Positions 62,707-64,000 of a stretch of 64,000 nt of DNA are shown one piece after another. The notes beneath the pieces were generated by a model. The model made no database searches, was not told where the DNA came from, and saw only the letters and a program-made list of their open reading frames with translations. This DNA is from a bacterium (GTDB taxonomy: Bacteria > Pseudomonadota > Gammaproteobacteria > Methylococcales > Methylomonadaceae), in assembly GCA_030591965.1 (NCBI GenBank), contig JAUVAA010000001.1, positions 164 through 64,163 of the forward strand, in the 5' to 3' direction. The translations under genes were made by a program, and so were the position numbers. Positions within the stretch are counted from its first letter, which is position 1. Each line of letters opens with the position of its first letter.

Positions 62707-64000
62707 ATGAAACAACGTATACAAGCCATTCTTGAGCAACTTAATACAGGTTTAATCGAAAGAAAAGAGCCTATTCGTTTAGCTTTATTATCAGCTTTAT
62801 CGGGTGAGCATTTATTGTTGATTGGTCAGCCAGGTACCGCTAAAAGCGTGCTTGCTAGAAAACTGCATTTAGCCTTTAAAGGCGGTGAATATTTTGAGCG
62901 ATTGCTAACTAAATTCTCAGTACCTGAAGAATTATTTGGGCCGTTATCTATTAAAGCTTTGGAGAATGATAGTTATTTACGCTTAACGGATCGTTATCTC
63001 CCTGCTGCTAGTATTGCTTTTATCGATGAAATTTTTAAAGCGAATAGCGCTATTCTTAATGCCTTATTAACAATCCTTAATGAGCGTGAATTCGATAATG
63101 GAGATGCTAGGGTTAAAGTGCCGCTTATTTCTGTTATTGCTGCCAGTAATGAGTTACCGGATGATGAAAGTTTAGCCGCCTTATATGATCGGTTTTTGTG
63201 CCGTTATCAGGTCGCGCCAGTTTCTGCTCAGAATTTCTCTAACCTATTACAATTACAAGACGAGCCAGTAACGCTAGCTGATCATCTGTTATTCACTGAA
63301 CAAGAGCTAGAACATATTCAAACGCAGGCGGATAAAATAAAACTTCCTGATGAGGTACTGACGTTTTTGGCTGACTTGCGTGATTTTATGCAACAGCAGC
63401 AGATTTATGTGTCTGACCGCCGCTGGCGTAAAGTGATAAAGCTATTAAAAGTGGCTGCTTTCACCAATGCTCAGTCCGCTGTTTCTATTTGGGATTGTTA
63501 TTTATTACAGCATTGTTTGTGGCAGACCCCCGAACAACGGCAATTGATTATTAACTGGTATCACACGCAAGTTGGCATGAGTGGTGCTGTCAACCTGAAA
63601 ACCCTGAATAAACTGACCCTGACCTGGGAGCGTGTTTTAGAGCAAGATCAAGACAGTAAAATTCAACAAGTCGATAGCAATAATCAGTTGCTTTTTGTTA
63701 ATCGGCAAGGCGAAGTTAGTGCCGATAAAATAACCCAAGTTACGCGTACACGCGAAGGGAATTCACTCTATTTAGCTCCCCCAGATCAAGAAGACCGAAG
63801 CAATAACAGCTTAGGTTATAAACAAGACGAATTAAAACAGCTGTTCTTTGATGATCGTTATCAACAAACGCATATTAATGGCCGGTGGGTACATTTTAAT
63901 CAGTATATTGCAGACCCAGAAAATTGTTATAGAGAGGAATATACCAACGAGCCTTGTATGGAAGCCAAAAAACATAGCATTGCTTTTATTGAAAGCCGTA
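62707..64000 (+). CDS. ravA: RavA-like MoxR AAA+ ATPase (partial, runs off the window; absent from the ORF track)
   Basis: Hand translation: MKQRIQAILEQLNTGLIERKEPIRLALL...GQPGTAKS...LLTKFSVPEELFGP...FIDEIFKANSAILNALLT...ASNELP...ALYDRFL...SDRRW. Confidence 0.85.
   Translation, partial: MKQRIQAILEQLNTGLIERKEPIRLALLSALSGEHLLLIGQPGTAKSVLARKLHLAFKGGEYFERLLTKFSVPEELFGPLSIKALENDSYLRLTDRYLPAASIAFIDEIFKANSAILNALLTILNEREFDNGDARVKVPLISVIAASNELPDDESLAALYDRFLCRYQVAPVSAQNFSNLLQLQDEPVTLADHLLFTEQELEHIQTQADKIKLPDEVLTFLADLRDFMQQQQIYVSDRRWRKVIKLLKVAAFTNAQSAVSIWDCYLLQHCLWQTPEQRQLIINWYHTQVGMSGAVNLKTLNKLTLTWERVLEQDQDSKIQQVDSNNQLLFVNRQGEVSADKITQVTRTREGNSLYLAPPDQEDRSNNSLGYKQDELKQLFFDDRYQQTHINGRWVHFNQYIADPENCYREEYTNEPCMEAKKHSIAFIESR

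Overview
Chromosomal window from an AT-rich gammaproteobacterium. Gene content and repeat style suggest Methylococcales (Methyloprofundus-like); this is an inference. The backbone is housekeeping: purL, bamC-dapA, rsfS-nadD-proA, acnB, zipA-smc, psd, ybiT, grxD, argD-argF, ilvD, argA. A complete sigma54/NtrC-controlled nitrate assimilation cluster follows (PP2C-kinase, NarK-type transporter, nirBD, PhzF-like gene, NasA-like molybdoenzyme, DmsB-DmsC-type fusion), then a RavA-like AAA+ gene that runs off the right end. Accessory or poorly understood modules: a tandem pair of dynamin-like GTPases, a DUF2760 + two atypical Hsp70 operon, a lone AT-rich NACHT-like NTPase, a large SNF2 helicase and three toxin-antitoxin pairs (two with dead toxins). 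Signs of erosion: a nonsense codon near the end of argD, a 26-codon xdhB scar, and an AAA ATPase cut by an element end. Intergenic DNA holds many REP-like hairpins, a family of GAGGCTGT-ended MITE-like elements that carry REPs, and an unexplained 240-nt structured element near the left end. No rRNA, tRNA or CRISPR array was seen.
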